Of a stretch of DNA of 60,000 bases, positions 1 to 12,965 are shown piece after piece. Within the stretch, counting starts at the first letter, position 1, and each line of letters begins with the position of its first letter. The position numbers and the translations under genes are program-made. The stretch comes from Malacoraja senta (lineage: Eukaryota). The stretch lies in the NCBI GenBank assembly GCA_038087875.1, contig CM075990.1, positions 6,946,001 to 7,006,000 on the forward strand, read 5' to 3'. A model generated the notes under the pieces. The model was not told where the DNA came from. It worked only from the letters and a program-made list of their open reading frames with translations, and searched no databases.

Positions 1-440
1 TGCTGATCATCCAATTTGCGCTGGGCCTCACTCTGACAATGGAGGAGGCCCAGGACAGAAAGGTCAGATTGGGAATGGGAGGGGAAGTTAAAGTGCTGAG
101 CAACCGGGAGATCAGGTAGGTTTAGGCGGACTGAGCAGAGGTATTCAGCAAAACAATCGCCGAGCCTGCGCTTGGTCTCGACACCTGGAACAGCTGATTC
201 AGTAGATGAGGTTGGAGGAGGTGCAAGTGAACCTCTGCCTCACCTGGAAAGACTGTTGGGGTCTTTGAACGGAGTCGATGGGGGTGGTAAAGGGACAGGT
301 GTTGCATCTCTTGCGGTTGCTGGGGAAAGTAGCTGGGGAAGGGTGGTTTGGGTCGGAAGGGACAAGTTGACCAGGGAGTAGCGGAGGGAACGGTCTCTGT
401 GGAAAGCAGAAAGGGGTGGAGATGGGAAGATGTGGCTAGT
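1..440 (-). mobile_element. Penelope-like retroelement fragment (Cys-rich linker plus GIY-YIG endonuclease), degenerate
   Basis: Minus-strand translation NRKRCNTCPF...QVRQRFTCTSSNLIY*ISCSRC...ETKRRLGDCFAEYL...PVAQHFN. Has a stop codon and lacks the YIG segment. Confidence 0.85.
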
Positions 441-549
441 AGTGGGAGCCTGGTGGAGGTGGCAAAAATGTCAGAGGATTATATGCTGTTACTGGGGGAG
501 TGGATTGGGGTTCTGATAGAGGGATGGCTGGAGGATAGCTATGGAAGGG

Positions 550-915
550 AGAATATCATTGAAACCTACCGGATAATGAAAGGCCTAGATAGAGTGGACA
601 TGGAACAAATGTTTCCAGTAGAGGGAGACTCTAGTACCACAGGGCACAGCCTCAGAAAAAAAGCACCTACCTTTAGAATAGAGATGAGGAGGAATTTCTT
701 TAGCCAGAGGGTGGTGAATCTGTGGAATTCATTGTCACAAACCACAGTGGAGGCCAAGTCATTGGGTCTTTTTAAAGTGGAGATTGATAGGTTTTTGATT
801 AGTAAGGGTATCAATGGTTATAAAGAGAAGGCTGGAGAATTGGGTAAAATAGATCAGCGATGACTGAATGGCAGAGTAGATTCACTGGGACTAATGGCCT
901 AATTCTGCTCCCGTC
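550..915 (+). mobile_element. CR1 LINE 3' fragment
   Basis: IIETYRIMKGLDRV...RNFFSQRVVNLWNSL C-terminal CR1 ORF2 motif plus typical tail. Confidence 0.85.
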
Positions 916-1110
916 TTAAGCTGAAGTGACCATTGTCCTGGGATGGGTTGTTGTGGTTTTCTAAGTTGTGCTGAGGAGACCTTGGCCCAAAATGTTGATT
1001 CTGTTTCTCTCCTCACTAATAAGCACCTACAGCGTTTCTGATTTGGTTTTGGATTTCCAGCATCTGCAGGCTATTATCCAATTCCTCATGTAGTCCAATT
1101 CTAATGTAGT

Positions 1111-1369
1111 CTTGATTCAAACTCGGGGAATGTCCGTAGCGAGTCGGTAGGAGTCCGTAGATATTTCGTAGCGGCTCGTAATGCCAGCCGTAGGTATTCG
1201 GGGCATCGGGTAAGTCGGGACGTTTTTTCAGCATGTTGAAAAATGTCCACGATTTTAAAAAAAATAGCCCCGAGTACCTACGGCTGGCTATTACCGTAAT
1301 TCTCCGAGTTTGAATCAAGGGGAAAACTCGGAAGGATTCGTGGTAACTCGGGAAAGTGGGACAGGGGCT
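1111..1369. mobile_element. Harbinger-type MITE, left end truncated
   Basis: Right TIR gtgggacaggggct followed by TAA. Internal sequence is related to the copies at 19382 and 45441. Confidence 0.7.
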
Positions 1370-2439
1370 TAAGAACCTGACGAAGAAGGGTCTCGACCCA
1401 AAACATCACCTATTCCTTTTCTCCAGAGACGCTGCCTGCGCCGCTGAGTTACTCCAGCATTTTGTGTCTATCTTCGGTTTAAACCAGCATCTCCGTCTTT
1501 GAAACCAATCTCTTATGAATGCAGAATGCCCAGTAAAATCAATGAAAATCAGTGCCTTTAGTCTCCTAATCTCTGTGTGAGTCTTTGAGCCTGAATTAAT
1601 TGTACGTTAGAGGTCTTCATTTCAATTCAATGGATCATAGACCTTTGCCTAACATACACAGTGACTATCACATCAGGATCTCAACCCACAACAACGATGC
1701 ATCTATTCAAAGGCTCTGAGTCTCGAGGCTTTATGAATAATGAACTAACTGCTAATTTTAAGCCATCTGCTCACAACATTCCTAATACAGTAACAGTCAC
1801 CAGGGGACAGCCATAAAGACTGAAATCTTAGAAATGCCTCTCTCTCTCTCTCTGCGACTTCCAACGGAAGGAACAGGATGAGAATGGGTCAGGGCTGTGA
1901 TGCCGTTAGTGGAGCCGCTATTTCACAGCACCAACGACCTTGGGTCAGTCCTGACCTGTGTGGTCAGTGTGGAGTTTACATGTCCCCCCCTATGGGTTTC
2001 CTCCAGGTGCTCTAGATCCCTTCTGCATCCCAAAGATGTGTGGATCAGCAGGTTTAGTTGGCCTGTGCAAATTGCCCCTGGTGTAAATGGATGGTGTAAC
2101 TGATGGAAATGTGGAGAGAACAAGTAATTTAGAAAAATAATGAGGGAAGAGGATTGCTCGGAGAGCTGGCACAGACCTAGGTCACATGGGAATAAGTAAA
2201 CAGGCTGGCCCTTGAAAATGCAGGCTGTGCCAATCATCTACTCATGTGATCTTTCTAAATAACCATCCATTGACTCCACCGGATATCAGCCCAGACTGAC
2301 TGCTTCCCTGCGGTACGAGAGATCTTACTAATATAGAGATATAGTGGCCCTTCGGCCCACCGAGTCCACACCGACCAGCGATCCCCGCACACTAACACTA
2401 TTCCGCACACACTAAGGACAATTTACAATTATATTAAAA

Positions 2440-3362
2440 ATTTGAATGAGAACGTACTTGGCATGATTAGCAAGTTTGCAGATGATGCAAAAGTGGGTGG
2501 TATTGCAGATAGTGAGGATGGTTGTGAGAAATTGCAGCAGGATCGTGATCGGTCGGCCAGGTGGGCTGAGGAATGGTTGATGGAATTGCATACAGAGAAA
2601 TGTGAGGTGTTGCATTTTGGGAAATCTAATATGAATGGTAGGGCTTTTGGGAGTGTTGTAGAGCAGAAGGATCTAGGAGTACAGGTGCATGGTAACTTGC
2701 AGATGGAGTCGCAGGTAGATAGGGTGGTCAAAAAGGCTTTTGGCACATTGGCCTTCACCATTCAGAGTATTGAGTATAGAAGTTGGGAGGTCATGTTGCA
2801 GTTATACAAGATGTTGGTCCGCATTTAAAGTCTTGTGTTCAGTTCTGGGCACCATGTTATGGGAAAATGTTGTCGAGCTTGAAAGGGTACAGAGAAGATT
2901 TACGAGGATTTTGCCAGGCCTCGAGGGTCTGAGCTATAGGGAGGTTGAGTAGGCTGGGACTCTATTCCTTGTAGTGCAGGAGGATGTGGCGATTTTATAG
3001 AGGTGTATAAAATCATGAGAGGAATAGATTAGGTAGATGCACAGAGTCTCTCGCCCAGAGTAGGGGAATCGAGAACCAGAGGACAGAGGTTTAAGGTGAA
3101 GGAGAAAAGATTTAATAGGAATCTGAGGGGTAACTTTTTCACATAAATGGTAGTGGGTGTATGGAACAAGCTGCCAGAGGAGGTAGTTGAGGCTGGGACT
3201 ATCCCAAAGTTTAAGAAACAGTTAGACTGGTGCATGGATAGGACAGGTTTGGAGGATGTGGGCCAGATGCAGGCATGTGGGACTAGTGTAGCTGGGACAT
3301 GTTGGCCGGTGTGGTCAATTTGGGTCTTAGAGCCTGTTTCCACACTGGATCACTATGACTTT
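2440..3362 (+). mobile_element. CR1 LINE RT/C-terminal fragment with 3' tail
   Basis: ISKFADDAKVGG RT motif, KCEVLHFG, KDLGV, LERVQRRFTR; frameshifted. Confidence 0.9.
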
Positions 3363-3762
3363 ATATGGTTTAACTACTATCAACAACACCAACACCTTTC
3401 ACGTCCCTTGCAACTTACTAATCATACCTACTCCATACATATCCAAATCATATAACAGACAATAAGTGTCTCCACACTGATCTTTGTGGTACACCATGAT
3501 CACAAGCCTCCAATCAAATAAACACCCACTACCATAACCTTTGCCTCCCACTGCCAAGATAGTTTTGGATCCAATTTGCCAAAATGCCCTGGATCCATGA
3601 GCCTGAATCTTTTGGACCACTCTCCCATGTGGGTCCTTGTCAGGGCCTTATATGAAATCCATATCAACCACATCTATTGCACAGCCCTTGCTAATACACT
3701 TAGTTACCTCTCGGAAAAATTCAATGAAATTAAACAGACAAAATACCAACCAGCAAACCTTA

Positions 3763-4218
3763 AGGGCCTGTCCCACCAGCATGCGATAGCATGCGTCTAG
3801 CGCGACCAAACGTGGTCGCTTCAGGCATACGCCTCGCGGGGCCGGTCCCACTTCGATCGGCGGACGCGTATGGAGTTGTGCGGGGCTGGTCCCGACATCT
3901 TCAAAAATCTTGCACTGTCCGAAAATCCCGCGCGCCAACGGCCTGTCGGCCTGCAGGTGCATTGAGGGCGTACGCAGCGTCTTGACGTCGTACGCCTAGC
4001 GCGTGGCTTTGCACGATTACGTCACCGCCCAGCGTGCCGTGGCGTGATGACGTCTCTGCCGACGCCCAAATTCAGTCGGCCCGCCTCCTGCCCAGCTGAT
4101 TGGTGAGTATGATGTCGGGACCAGCCCCGCACAACTCCATACGCCTCCGCGGTTCGAATTGTGACCGGCCCCGCGAGGCCGTACGCCTCAAGCGACCACG
4201 TTTGGTCGTGCTAGACGC
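3763..4218. mobile_element. Harbinger-type MITE, right terminus missing
   Basis: TTA followed by TIR agggcctgtcccac. Long internal inverted repeat, about 3794-3850 versus 4161-4218. Confidence 0.75.
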
Positions 4219-4379
4219 TCCCAACCAAGCCATGCTGACTTTTCCTCATCAATGTGCTTTCAAGTGTAAATTAATCTTCTGCCTTAGAAGTTGTCATTCG
4301 TCATTAGTCTATTGTCATTCGTCTATTGTCAATAGACTCACAAGCCTTGTAGTTACTTGGCATATCCCTGATGCCCTTT

Positions 4380-4636
4380 TAGTTTTGTTTAGAAACAGGC
4401 CCTTTGGCCCACCGAGTCCGCGTCGACCAGCGATCCCCAAACATTAACACTATCCTACACACTAGGGACAATTTACATTTAAACCAAGCCAATTAGCCTC
4501 CAAACCTGCACGTCTATGGAGTGTGGGAGGAAACCAGAGCTCCCCAGAGAAAACCAATGCAGGTTACTGGAGAGCTTACAAACACCGTACAGACAGCACC
4601 CATAGTCAGGATCGAACCCGGGCTTCTGATGCTGTA
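4380..4636 (-). mobile_element. HE1-like V-SINE
   Basis: Reverse complement of the tRNA-head/V-domain/LINE-tail consensus seen at 9790. Confidence 0.8.
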
Positions 4637-5987
4637 GCCTGAGAGTCTGAAGAAGGATCTCGACCCGAAACATCACCCATTTCTTCTATCCAGAGATGCT
4701 GCCTATCCCGCTGAGTTACTCCAGCATTTTGTGTCTATCTTTGGTGTAAACCAGCATCTGCAGTTCCTTCCGACATACATCCTCTTGCCCTTAACGTACT
4801 TACAAGAGTGGGAAGTTTCTTTGCTGCTGCATGCACAGATCCTTCTTTGCCCTCCTGATCTCTTTGTTTAAACACCCCCAACATTCCTGAAGGGCCTTCC
4901 CAGTGTACGGTTCGCAAAATAATACTTTCTGAAATGTCAGCACTCTTTAGCAGACAATTTGGCAGCTATTGCGTACGCTCCAAGGCCAACAAAATAAACA
5001 AGTTGGAATCTTCATGGCCAGTTGGAACAGCAAAATTCCTATTAATGCTCCATCCAAAATCATCCCTGATGGTGAAGCACTTCCACAGCATTGCCAGTGC
5101 TGATAATCTGGAGTGGACGACTGCCGACTCTCACAGTCTGCTGATTCCGAATCAGAATCAGCAGACTGTGAGAATCTGCACTCATGCTTAGCACAGTACT
5201 GACCAGTTAAGCTGGTGCACCAGGCACCCGGATAAGTTGCTGCGTTTATTGCTCGAACACAGCGATCGGAAAATTGACATTAAAGGAGACATGCGGATAG
5301 ATTAAGCTGCGGCGTTCGTCTTGAGCAGAAATGCTGCAAGTTCATTCCCTGGCAAAATGCTTTTCAGATTTGAGGGTCAAAGCTGTTAACCAGTGATTTC
5401 ATTTCACTTTGGACACAGCCGCTGGGAGAGATGTGTACCTGCTCTGTTCAGTGTAACATTAGTCAGAGGGTGGTGAATCTGTGACATTCCTTGCCACGGA
5501 CGGCTGTGGAGACCAAGCCGATGGTGAATTTTAAGGCAGAGATTAACTGATTCTTGATTAGTAAGGGTGTCAAGGCTCATGTGGAGGAGAATGGGGTTGA
5601 GAGGGAAAGCTATGATTGAATGGCGGAGTAGACTTGATGGGCCGAATTGCCTAAATCTGCTCCTAGAACTTATGAACTTGTGCATCTTTCAATCAATTCA
5701 GTCATACATATCAGTGTTTCAAAATTTTAGACGGCAGGCAGTTTAAAATTGTGGTCAAGGCCATTCATGGAAAACAAAGTACAGGGCCCTAGTGAGACCA
5801 CACCTGAAGTATTGTGTGCAGTTTTGGTCCCCTAATTTGAGGAAGGACATTCTTGCTATTGAGGGAGTGCAACGTAGGTTTGCAAGGTTAATTCCCGGGA
5901 TGGCGGGACTGTCATATGCTGAGAGAATGGAGCAGCTGGGCTTGTACACTCTGGAGTTTAGAAGGATGAGAGGGGATCTCAATGAAA

Positions 5988-6733
5988 CTTCTTTTGTCCC
6001 GTTGTTGCGGTTTGTTTTGGTTTATTTTAGTTGTGTATGTGTGGGGGGGTGGGAGAAGCATGTTTTTTGGCTCTTCCTTCGGGGGGGATGCGACCTTTCT
6101 TGCCGTATACCCCGTCTCCGTCTGCGCTGAGGCCTATCGCGGAGCTGGCGGCCTCCAACTGGGACCGATCTCGGGGCTCGGGAGGCAGAGCCAGCCGGGA
6201 CTTGCCAGCGCGGGGCTGGCCGACTTCGGGGCTGTGGTGGCGTTGCGACCGGACTTCCGACCCGACTTCGGAGCCTCGGAGGCTCGGCGAGGGCCAGTGG
6301 ACGACATCGTCGGGAGCTCGCAGGTCACAGGTTGGTGACCTGTTTTTCCGTAGCTCCCGCAACAACAGCTGCGTCCGCTGGACTGGAGGGCGGCAGCTTC
6401 GGCAGCTTCGACCGCCCTGGGCCACGGAGTTTGAACTGGCCTGTTCAGATTCAGCCGCGGGACTTACTTACCATCACCCGGCGGGGTCACAACATCGGAG
6501 GCCTGGATCGCCTCAGGGCAGAGGGAGAGCAAGGAGGGAAGAGACATGGACTTTGGGACTTTTTGCCTTCCATCACAGTGAGGAGGTGCCTGGTGGACTC
6601 ACTGTGGTGGATGTTAAACTGTGTTGAGTGTGTGTTTTTGTTATTTATTCTATGTTATGACTGCAGGCTAAACCATTTCGTTGCACTGAAAAGTGCAATG
6701 ACAATAAATTGAATCAAAATCAAAAATCAAATC
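5988..6733 (+). mobile_element. GC/CpG-rich non-autonomous retroelement with LINE-type 3' stem-loop and simple-repeat tail, inserted in a CR1 fragment
   Basis: Ends ttgcact-gaaa-agtgcaa-tgacaataaa-(aaatc)n. CR1 sequence breaks at about 5987 and resumes at about 6735. Confidence 0.6.
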
Positions 6734-6857
6734 AAATAAGATTGTTAAGGGATCAGGGGATATGGGGAGAAGACAATGCACGAGGTCTGAGAAATGATGA
6801 ATTTGATGGGTCAATTTGAGTGAAAAATGGACAGAAAAATGATGAGAGATACAATAC

Positions 6858-6931
6858 CATATTAAATGTGTTCCCCAAATCTAAGTTTAGCTTGTCCACT
6901 GGTTGACCTTCACCTACAGGACATCTTTCTT
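6858..6931 (-). CDS. Candidate small linker exon (EERCPVGEGQPVDKLNLDLGNTFNM)
   Basis: Pyrimidine-rich acceptor tttattgtgttctttgaag gives phase 1, in frame with the previous exon. Donor ATG|gtattg is weak and no homology is recognised. Confidence 0.4.
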
Positions 6932-7139
6932 CTTCAAAGAACACAATAAATTATTCCAACATCATTTAATTTCACAAAATTACGTTATCCTACCGGATCG
7001 TCTTGGATTTATAGATATGACTTGTTAAAATATCTTTAGTAATAGTTTCTCTGCCAGATGTTAAACTAAATGCCTGGTGATTACCAGTTTTCTGTCTCCT
7101 TTTCTTAATAAAGGAATTACATTTTTTTCCCAATGTAAC

Positions 7140-7895
7140 CGCTGAAAATGAGCACATACCCCAGTTTGAATTGATAGTACCGAAGTACAGATGGTCGAAA
7201 ACTTCAAATGTCTAAGAGTCAATATCACCAACAACTTCTCCTGGACCACCCATATTGAAGCAACGACCAAGAAAGCACACCAATGCCTCTACTTCCTTAG
7301 AGGGCTTCAGATGTTTGGCATGTCCCCTACTACTCTCACCAACTTCTACAGTTGCACCATAGAAAGCATTTTATCAGCTTGGTTTGGGTACAGCTCCATC
7401 CAGGACTGCAAGAAATTGTAGCAAATTGTGGACACAGCCCAGGCCATCACACAAACCAACCTCTCTTCTACTGATTCCATTTACACCTCACGCTGCCTCC
7501 GCAAGGCCAGCAGTATAATCGAGGACGAGTCGTACCCTGGCCACTCCATCTTCTCCCCTTTCCCATCAGGCAAAAGGTACAGAAGTGTAAAAAAGCACAC
7601 CTCCAGATTCAGGGACAGTTTCTTCCCAGCTGTTATCAGGTAACTGAATCATCCTACCACAACCAGAGCGAGTGCTGAATTACTATCTACCTCATTGGTG
7701 ACCCTCGGACTATCCTTGATCAGACTTTGCTGGATTTACCTTGCACTAAACATTATTCCCTTATCATGTACCTATACACTGTAAATGGATTGATTGTAAT
7801 CCTGTATTGTCTTTCTGCTGACTGGTTAACACGCAACAAAAGGTTTTCACTGTACCTCAGTACATGTGACAATAAACTAAACTACAACTAAAATG
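7140..7895 (+). mobile_element. Rex1/Babar-type LINE 3' fragment
   Basis: FKCLRVNITNNFSWTTH...KKAHQCLYFLR...TNFYSCTIESILS and RFRDSFFPAVIR, ending in tail catgtgacaataaactaaact. Confidence 0.85.
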
Positions 7896-8039
7896 AATAT
7901 TTATTATTTTACTTTTTATTGAGTGTTTAAGAAAGTTGCTTGGAAAAGATTCAAGGATTAATCTCAGCACTTCTATGAGCATGAGAGCTTTATAAATGTA
8001 TTAATGATAATATAATAAGCAGTGGGCAGGAGTGCTTTT

Positions 8040-8317
8040 TTAGTTTAGTTTTGAGATACAGCGCAGAAACAGGCCGCTTGGTCCACCGAGTCCGCGCCGA
8101 CCCACAATCCCCGCACGCTAACACTATCCTACACACAGTAGGGATAATTTGCATTTATACCAAGCCAATTAACCTACAAACTTGTATGTCTTTGGAGTGT
8201 GGGAGGAAACTGAAGATGTCGGAAAAAAACATACAGGCAGTGCCCGTTGTCGGGATCGAACCCGGGTCTCTGGCGCTTTAAGGCAGCAACTCTACCGCTG
8301 CGCCATTGTGTTGCCCC
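8040..8317 (-). mobile_element. HE1-like V-SINE
   Basis: Matches the family consensus in reverse. Confidence 0.8.
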
Positions 8318-9026
8318 TGATGAAATGTTAGTCAGTTTGAAGAAGGGTCTCGACCAGAAACATCGATCAGTCTGAAGAAGGGTCTCGACCCAAAACGTCG
8401 CCCATTCTTTTTCTCCAGAGATGCTGCCTGTCCAGCTGAGTTACTCCAGCATTTTGTGTCTACCCACAGTTATAACAGCCCGCAATAAAGCTCTCTGAAT
8501 GACTCTGAATGAACGACTGCATTCTTGACTTATTGGTCACTCTCTTTCTGCACTAGTCTGACGTAAACATTGGACTGACTGACAGACTGACTGATCAGCA
8601 TAGGATAACCTTTCTATGCCAAAGCTGGGGCCTTGTTGATTATAATTCAAGCAAATGTTTCCCAGCACATTGCTCATCCCACTGAACTCCAGTATTTGTC
8701 AGGATAGATTACCTCTACTGAAGAATGTTTCCCCTTTTCCACTGACTGCAGGCCACTAACTTTTAATCAAACTGAAACATCCTGAAAAAGATTAAGGGCC
8801 ATTCCAGGGAACAAAGAGTGCAATCATTGCAAGGGTAATGATCCAAGCTACATAGGTTTATTCAGCATTTGTTAATAATTCCTAATGCAACAGTTAAAGC
8901 AAGAGCAACCACTCTTCCTGCAGCAATCAACATGTTCCCTGCTTAGATTTATTCTTGCAAAACAAAGTCTTTGCTGGATACTAATGATCTTCATGAAAGA
9001 GACAGCAACATTATGACATTAAAAAC

Positions 9027-9240
9027 AGACACAAAATGCTGGAGTAACTCAGCGAGACAGGAAGCATCTCTGGAGAGAAAGAATGGGTGATCTTATGGGT
9101 CACAACATTTCTTCAGAGTCTGAGGAAGGGTCTCGACCCAAAACGTCCATTCCTTCTCTCCAGAGATGCTGTCTGTCCCACTGAGTTACTCCAGCATTTT
9201 GTGTCTTTCTTTGGTGTAAACCAGCATCTGCAGTTCTTTT
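9027..9240. mobile_element. Fold-back Penelope-terminal-repeat-like unit with hammerhead-like motif
   Basis: Inverted copies of agacacaaaatgctggagtaactcag... flanking ctgaggaagggtctcgacccaaaacgtc. Confidence 0.65.
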
Positions 9241-9299
9241 CTCAACATTATGACATTGCTCAGTTAGAATTTTACTGTCTCTCCAATAATGAAATGCCC

Positions 9300-9750
9300 G
9301 AGGTTCAGGTTTATTATTTTCACTACTGCTCCAGACACTAACGGTACTGAGGTACAGTGAAAAGTTCTGCTTAGGATGCTGAGCATTCAAATCAGATAAT
9401 ACTGTCCATAAATACTATCACGCCAAACTCAAGTACAATAGGTAGAGCAAATGGGAAGATACAGAGTGCAGAATATAGTTCTCAGCATTGTAGAGCATCA
9501 GTTCCACCGACAAAGTCTAATGTCTGCAATGGGGTAGAGGTGAATCAGACAGTACCCTAGCATATGGAAGGACCATTCAGAAGCCTAATAAGAGAGGGAC
9601 AGAAACTGTTCCTGAGTCTGGTGGTGCATAGGTTCAGGTTTCTGTATCTATTACCCGACGGAAGAGGATGGAAGGAGGAACTGACCGGGTTGAGATGTCT
9701 TTGATAATGTTGGCTGGGGCACAGTGAAGTGTGGATGGAGTCAATGGTGA
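9300..9750 (-). mobile_element. Rex1-type LINE 3' fragment
   Basis: Reverse tail tactgaggtacagtgaaaag and gaaactgttcctgagtctgg, homologous to 7140-7895. Confidence 0.65.
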
Positions 9751-9789
9751 GGAGTCTGGATAATCTCCTTGATTCCGCTAGTCCCTGGA

Positions 9790-10096
9790 GCGGTCACGGT
9801 GGCGCAGCGGTAGAGTTGCCTTCTGCAGAGCCGGAGACCTGGGTTCGATCCTGACTACGGGTGCTGTCTGTAAGGAGTTTGTACGTTCTCCCCGTGATCT
9901 GCGTGGGTTTTCGCCGAGATCTTTGGTTTCCTCCCACACCCCAAAGACGTACAGGTGTGTAGGTTAATTGGTTTGGTAAATGTAAAAATTGTCCCTAGTG
10001 GGTGTAGGATAATGTTAATGTGCGGGGATCGCTGGTCGGCGCGGACCCGGTGGGCTGAAGGGCCTGTTTCCGCGTTGTATCTCTAAACCAAACTAA
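9790..10096 (+). mobile_element. HE1-like V-SINE, near full length
   Basis: A box tggcgcagcgg, B box ggttcgatcc, V-domain gtttgtacgttctccccgtg, CR1-like tail gggcctgtttccgcgttgtatctctaaac. Confidence 0.88.
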
Positions 10097-10616
10097 AGGG
10101 GCTGTCCCACTGCGGCGACCTAATTGGCGAGTTTAGAAGAGTTTAGGAGAGTCTGAAAAAATGTCATGATGAAGACCTCCTTCGATCTCCTTCGACTATG
10201 TTGAAGACTAGCTTCGGGAAAATTGGACACCGAATAGTGGAGAGTGAAGACAACCTTGTTCGATCTCCTACGACCTCCCTTCGACTATGTTGAAGACTAT
10301 CTTCGATTACCTTCGACTACCCTCGATTACCTAAGAATAACATACCGACCTACTATGACCTACATCGACTAAACCTACGAGTAAAAAAAATGTTGATTTT
10401 TTCCATGGCGACCTTTTTTCACTCGCGGGCATTTTTCAGCATGTTGAAAAATACGCCGCGACCTAGCTGAGGCCTCGAGTACGCGGGGACTACTCTCGAG
10501 CATGAAGGAGAGTTACAAAGACCTCCGAGGACCTCGTGTCGACAATGCTGCGAGTAAGAGTCGAGGGCAAACGCGCCAGAACTCGCGGATTAGGTCGCCA
10601 CAATGGTACAGCCCCT
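10097..10616. mobile_element. Harbinger-type MITE
   Basis: TIRs aggggctgtcccactgcggcgacctaa / ttaggtcgccacaatggtacagcccct, TAA TSD, many internal TTCGA repeats. Confidence 0.85.
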
Positions 10617-10995
10617 TAAAGCTCTATCTAACTCTCTTTTAAATTCATCCAGTGAATTGACCTCTACTGCCTTCTGTGGCAGATAAAGCACGTGGGCACG
10701 GAAATTTATTGGTTTTAAGTCAGAGCTTTGGAACAGCGGCACAACAGTAGAATTACTGCCTTATAGACAGTGTGGACCATCATTATACCACCACAGTGTG
10801 GAGGTCACCAGATGACAATTGAGAGCCTGGCTCTATTGCTTCCCGCCTCTCACCCAAGCTTGTTGATGCTAAGGGTGACACATACCCACTGTAGCTCTGG
10901 CCCCATTACTTGCACAACATATACACTTATAGCAGGATTGGGGGGCAGAATTGTTAGGGAGTAGCCCTGGTGCATTCCACTTCCCTTCCACTTAC

Positions 10996-11385
10996 CCTCC
11001 ACTGGGACTGCATGCTCCGATCTCTGCCACCCTCCTTGCCTCTCCTTGGCTCTTGCATAGGCATCCAATGCAGAAGTGATGCAAGCTTCGGAAGAACTGT
11101 GCATCCCCTTGTCTCCCAGATCTGCCTGCTGCGCTCTGCCATTGAGAAACTCCTTAGATTTGGACAGGTAAGAAGAAACTCCCATGAGGGGCTTGGAAAT
11201 GGCGCCGCTTCCGTTCGTGTCTGGAGCAGTAGTGGAAGACTTGGCACCGTAGTTCTGAAGGACATGGTCTTGGCTGAAGCTCTTGGTGATGGGCCCCGAA
11301 TGGAGGGAGTTCTGTTCACTCAGGGATCCGCTGGACAACCTCAAGTCAAGGCCCACCTCGGCCCTCTGAGGAAATCTGTCCTCCT
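10996..11385 (-). CDS. FRMPD2: FRMPD2-like Ser-rich linker exon (EEDRFPQRAEVGLDLRLSSGSLSEQ...EHAVPVE-G)
   Basis: Acceptor tttcctttttgcag, donor GAGG|gtaagt, 390 nt open, phase 1-1, non-repetitive. RLSSGS is recalled from the FRMPD2 linker. Confidence 0.75.
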
Positions 11386-11684
11386 CTGCAAAAAGGAAAT
11401 GTTCACATCAACTCAAAGTTTCTGTGAAGTAGAGCAGCATCTCACTCTGAATTGATAATTAGACTTCATTTAGACAGGCACATGGAAAGGACAGGTTTAG
11501 AGGAATATGGGCCAAACGCAGGCAAGTGGGACTAGTGTAGATGGGTCATGTCGGTCGGTGTGGGCAAGTTGGGCCGAAGGGCCTGTTTCCATGCTGTATG
11601 ACTCTATGACTCCATCATATGACCATCTCACAATCTCCTTCTGCCATTTTAACCTCAATACTGATCAGCAAAGAATCTTAATTC

Positions 11685-12020
11685 ATAAGAGGAATAGATC
11701 GGGTAGATGCACAGAGTCTCTTGCCTAGAGTAGGCGAATCGAGGACCAGAGGACATAGGTTTAAGGCGAAGGGGAAAAGATTTAATTGGAATCTGAGGGG
11801 TAAATCTTTCACACGTTGGGTGTATGGAACGACCTGCCAGAGGAGATAGTTGCTGCTTGGACTATCCCAAAGTTTAAGATACAGTTAGACAGGTACATGG
11901 ATAGGCAGGTTTGGAGGGATATGGGCCAAATGCAGGCAGGTGGGATTAGTGTAGCTGGGCATGTTGACTGTTGTGGGCAAGTTGGGCCGAAGGGCCTGTT
12001 TCCACACTGTATCACTCTGA
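11685..12020 (+). mobile_element. CR1 LINE 3' end
   Basis: Same subfamily as 3010-3362. Confidence 0.8.
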
Positions 12021-12659
12021 TACTCTGATTCTGTGACTAAAGTAGGCTGCTGGCGACTAAGAATGTGAGGTATAGGCCGGTAGGCAGGGGCTGGGGTATT
12101 ATCTCCAGCGCCTTCAAGGTTGGCTGCAAGAGGCGCCCCTGGGGCACGAGAGGCGGTCTATATCTCTCGTCCCACTTTCACCTGACTCTCAGTATGAAAA
12201 AGGGTCTCGACTCAAAACGTCACCTATTCCTTTTCTCCAGAGATGCTGCCTGACCTGCTGAGTTACTCCAGCTGTTTGTGTCCATCTTCAGTTTAAACCA
12301 GCATCTGCAGTTCCTACCAACACATTGTAGTCTTCAGCTGGCTATCGTGTGGGAATACCCACTAACATTGAGCAAGGAGCAAGTAAAACTAGGCTTCAGA
12401 ATTTGAGAAGTAGCAAAGCTTCAAAACCCAGAATTATTAAGTAGTCTATTTTAAAACACTAAAGCATTGTTGTTAATGTAATCCTGATCCCTATGTATTA
12501 ATATCACTATTATGTCTATAATTTTTTTTGTGGAAAAATTAATAAAAAGGTTTAAAAAGAAAGAAAACACTAAAGCAGAAACTATTCAGGTATTTGAGAT
12601 GAAGATCCTTCTTCTATCTCTCAACACCTACCACTGCTGATTAACACCACCACACAACT

Positions 12660-12965
12660 GCGGCACGGTGGCGCAGCAGTAGAGTTGCTGCCTTACAGCG
12701 CCAGCAATCCGGGTTTGATCCCGGCTACGGGTGCTGGTCTGTACGGAGTTTGTACGTTCTCCCTGTCACCGCGTGGGTTTTCTCCGAGATCTTCGGTTTC
12801 CTCCCACCCTCCAAAGACGTATAGGTTTGTAGGTTAATGGGCTTGGTATCAATGTAAAATTGTCCCTAGTGCGCGTAAGATAGCGTTAATGTGTGGGGAG
12901 CGCTGGTCGGTGCGGACTCGGTGGGCCAAAGGGCGTTTCCGTGCTCTATCTCTAAAACTAAAATC
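12660..12965 (+). mobile_element. HE1-like V-SINE
   Basis: A/B boxes, V domain and tail present. Confidence 0.85.

Noticed and set aside
6027..6712. GC-rich ORFs up to 198 aa
   Set aside because: Several frames on both strands are open because of GC content, there is no recognisable domain, and they lie within a repeat.
9796..9865. tRNA-like sequences here and in similar copies
   Set aside because: They are SINE heads continuing into the V domain and LINE tail, not tRNA genes.
10970..11455. 161-aa plus-strand ORF
   Set aside because: It is the antisense shadow of the 390-nt minus-strand exon.
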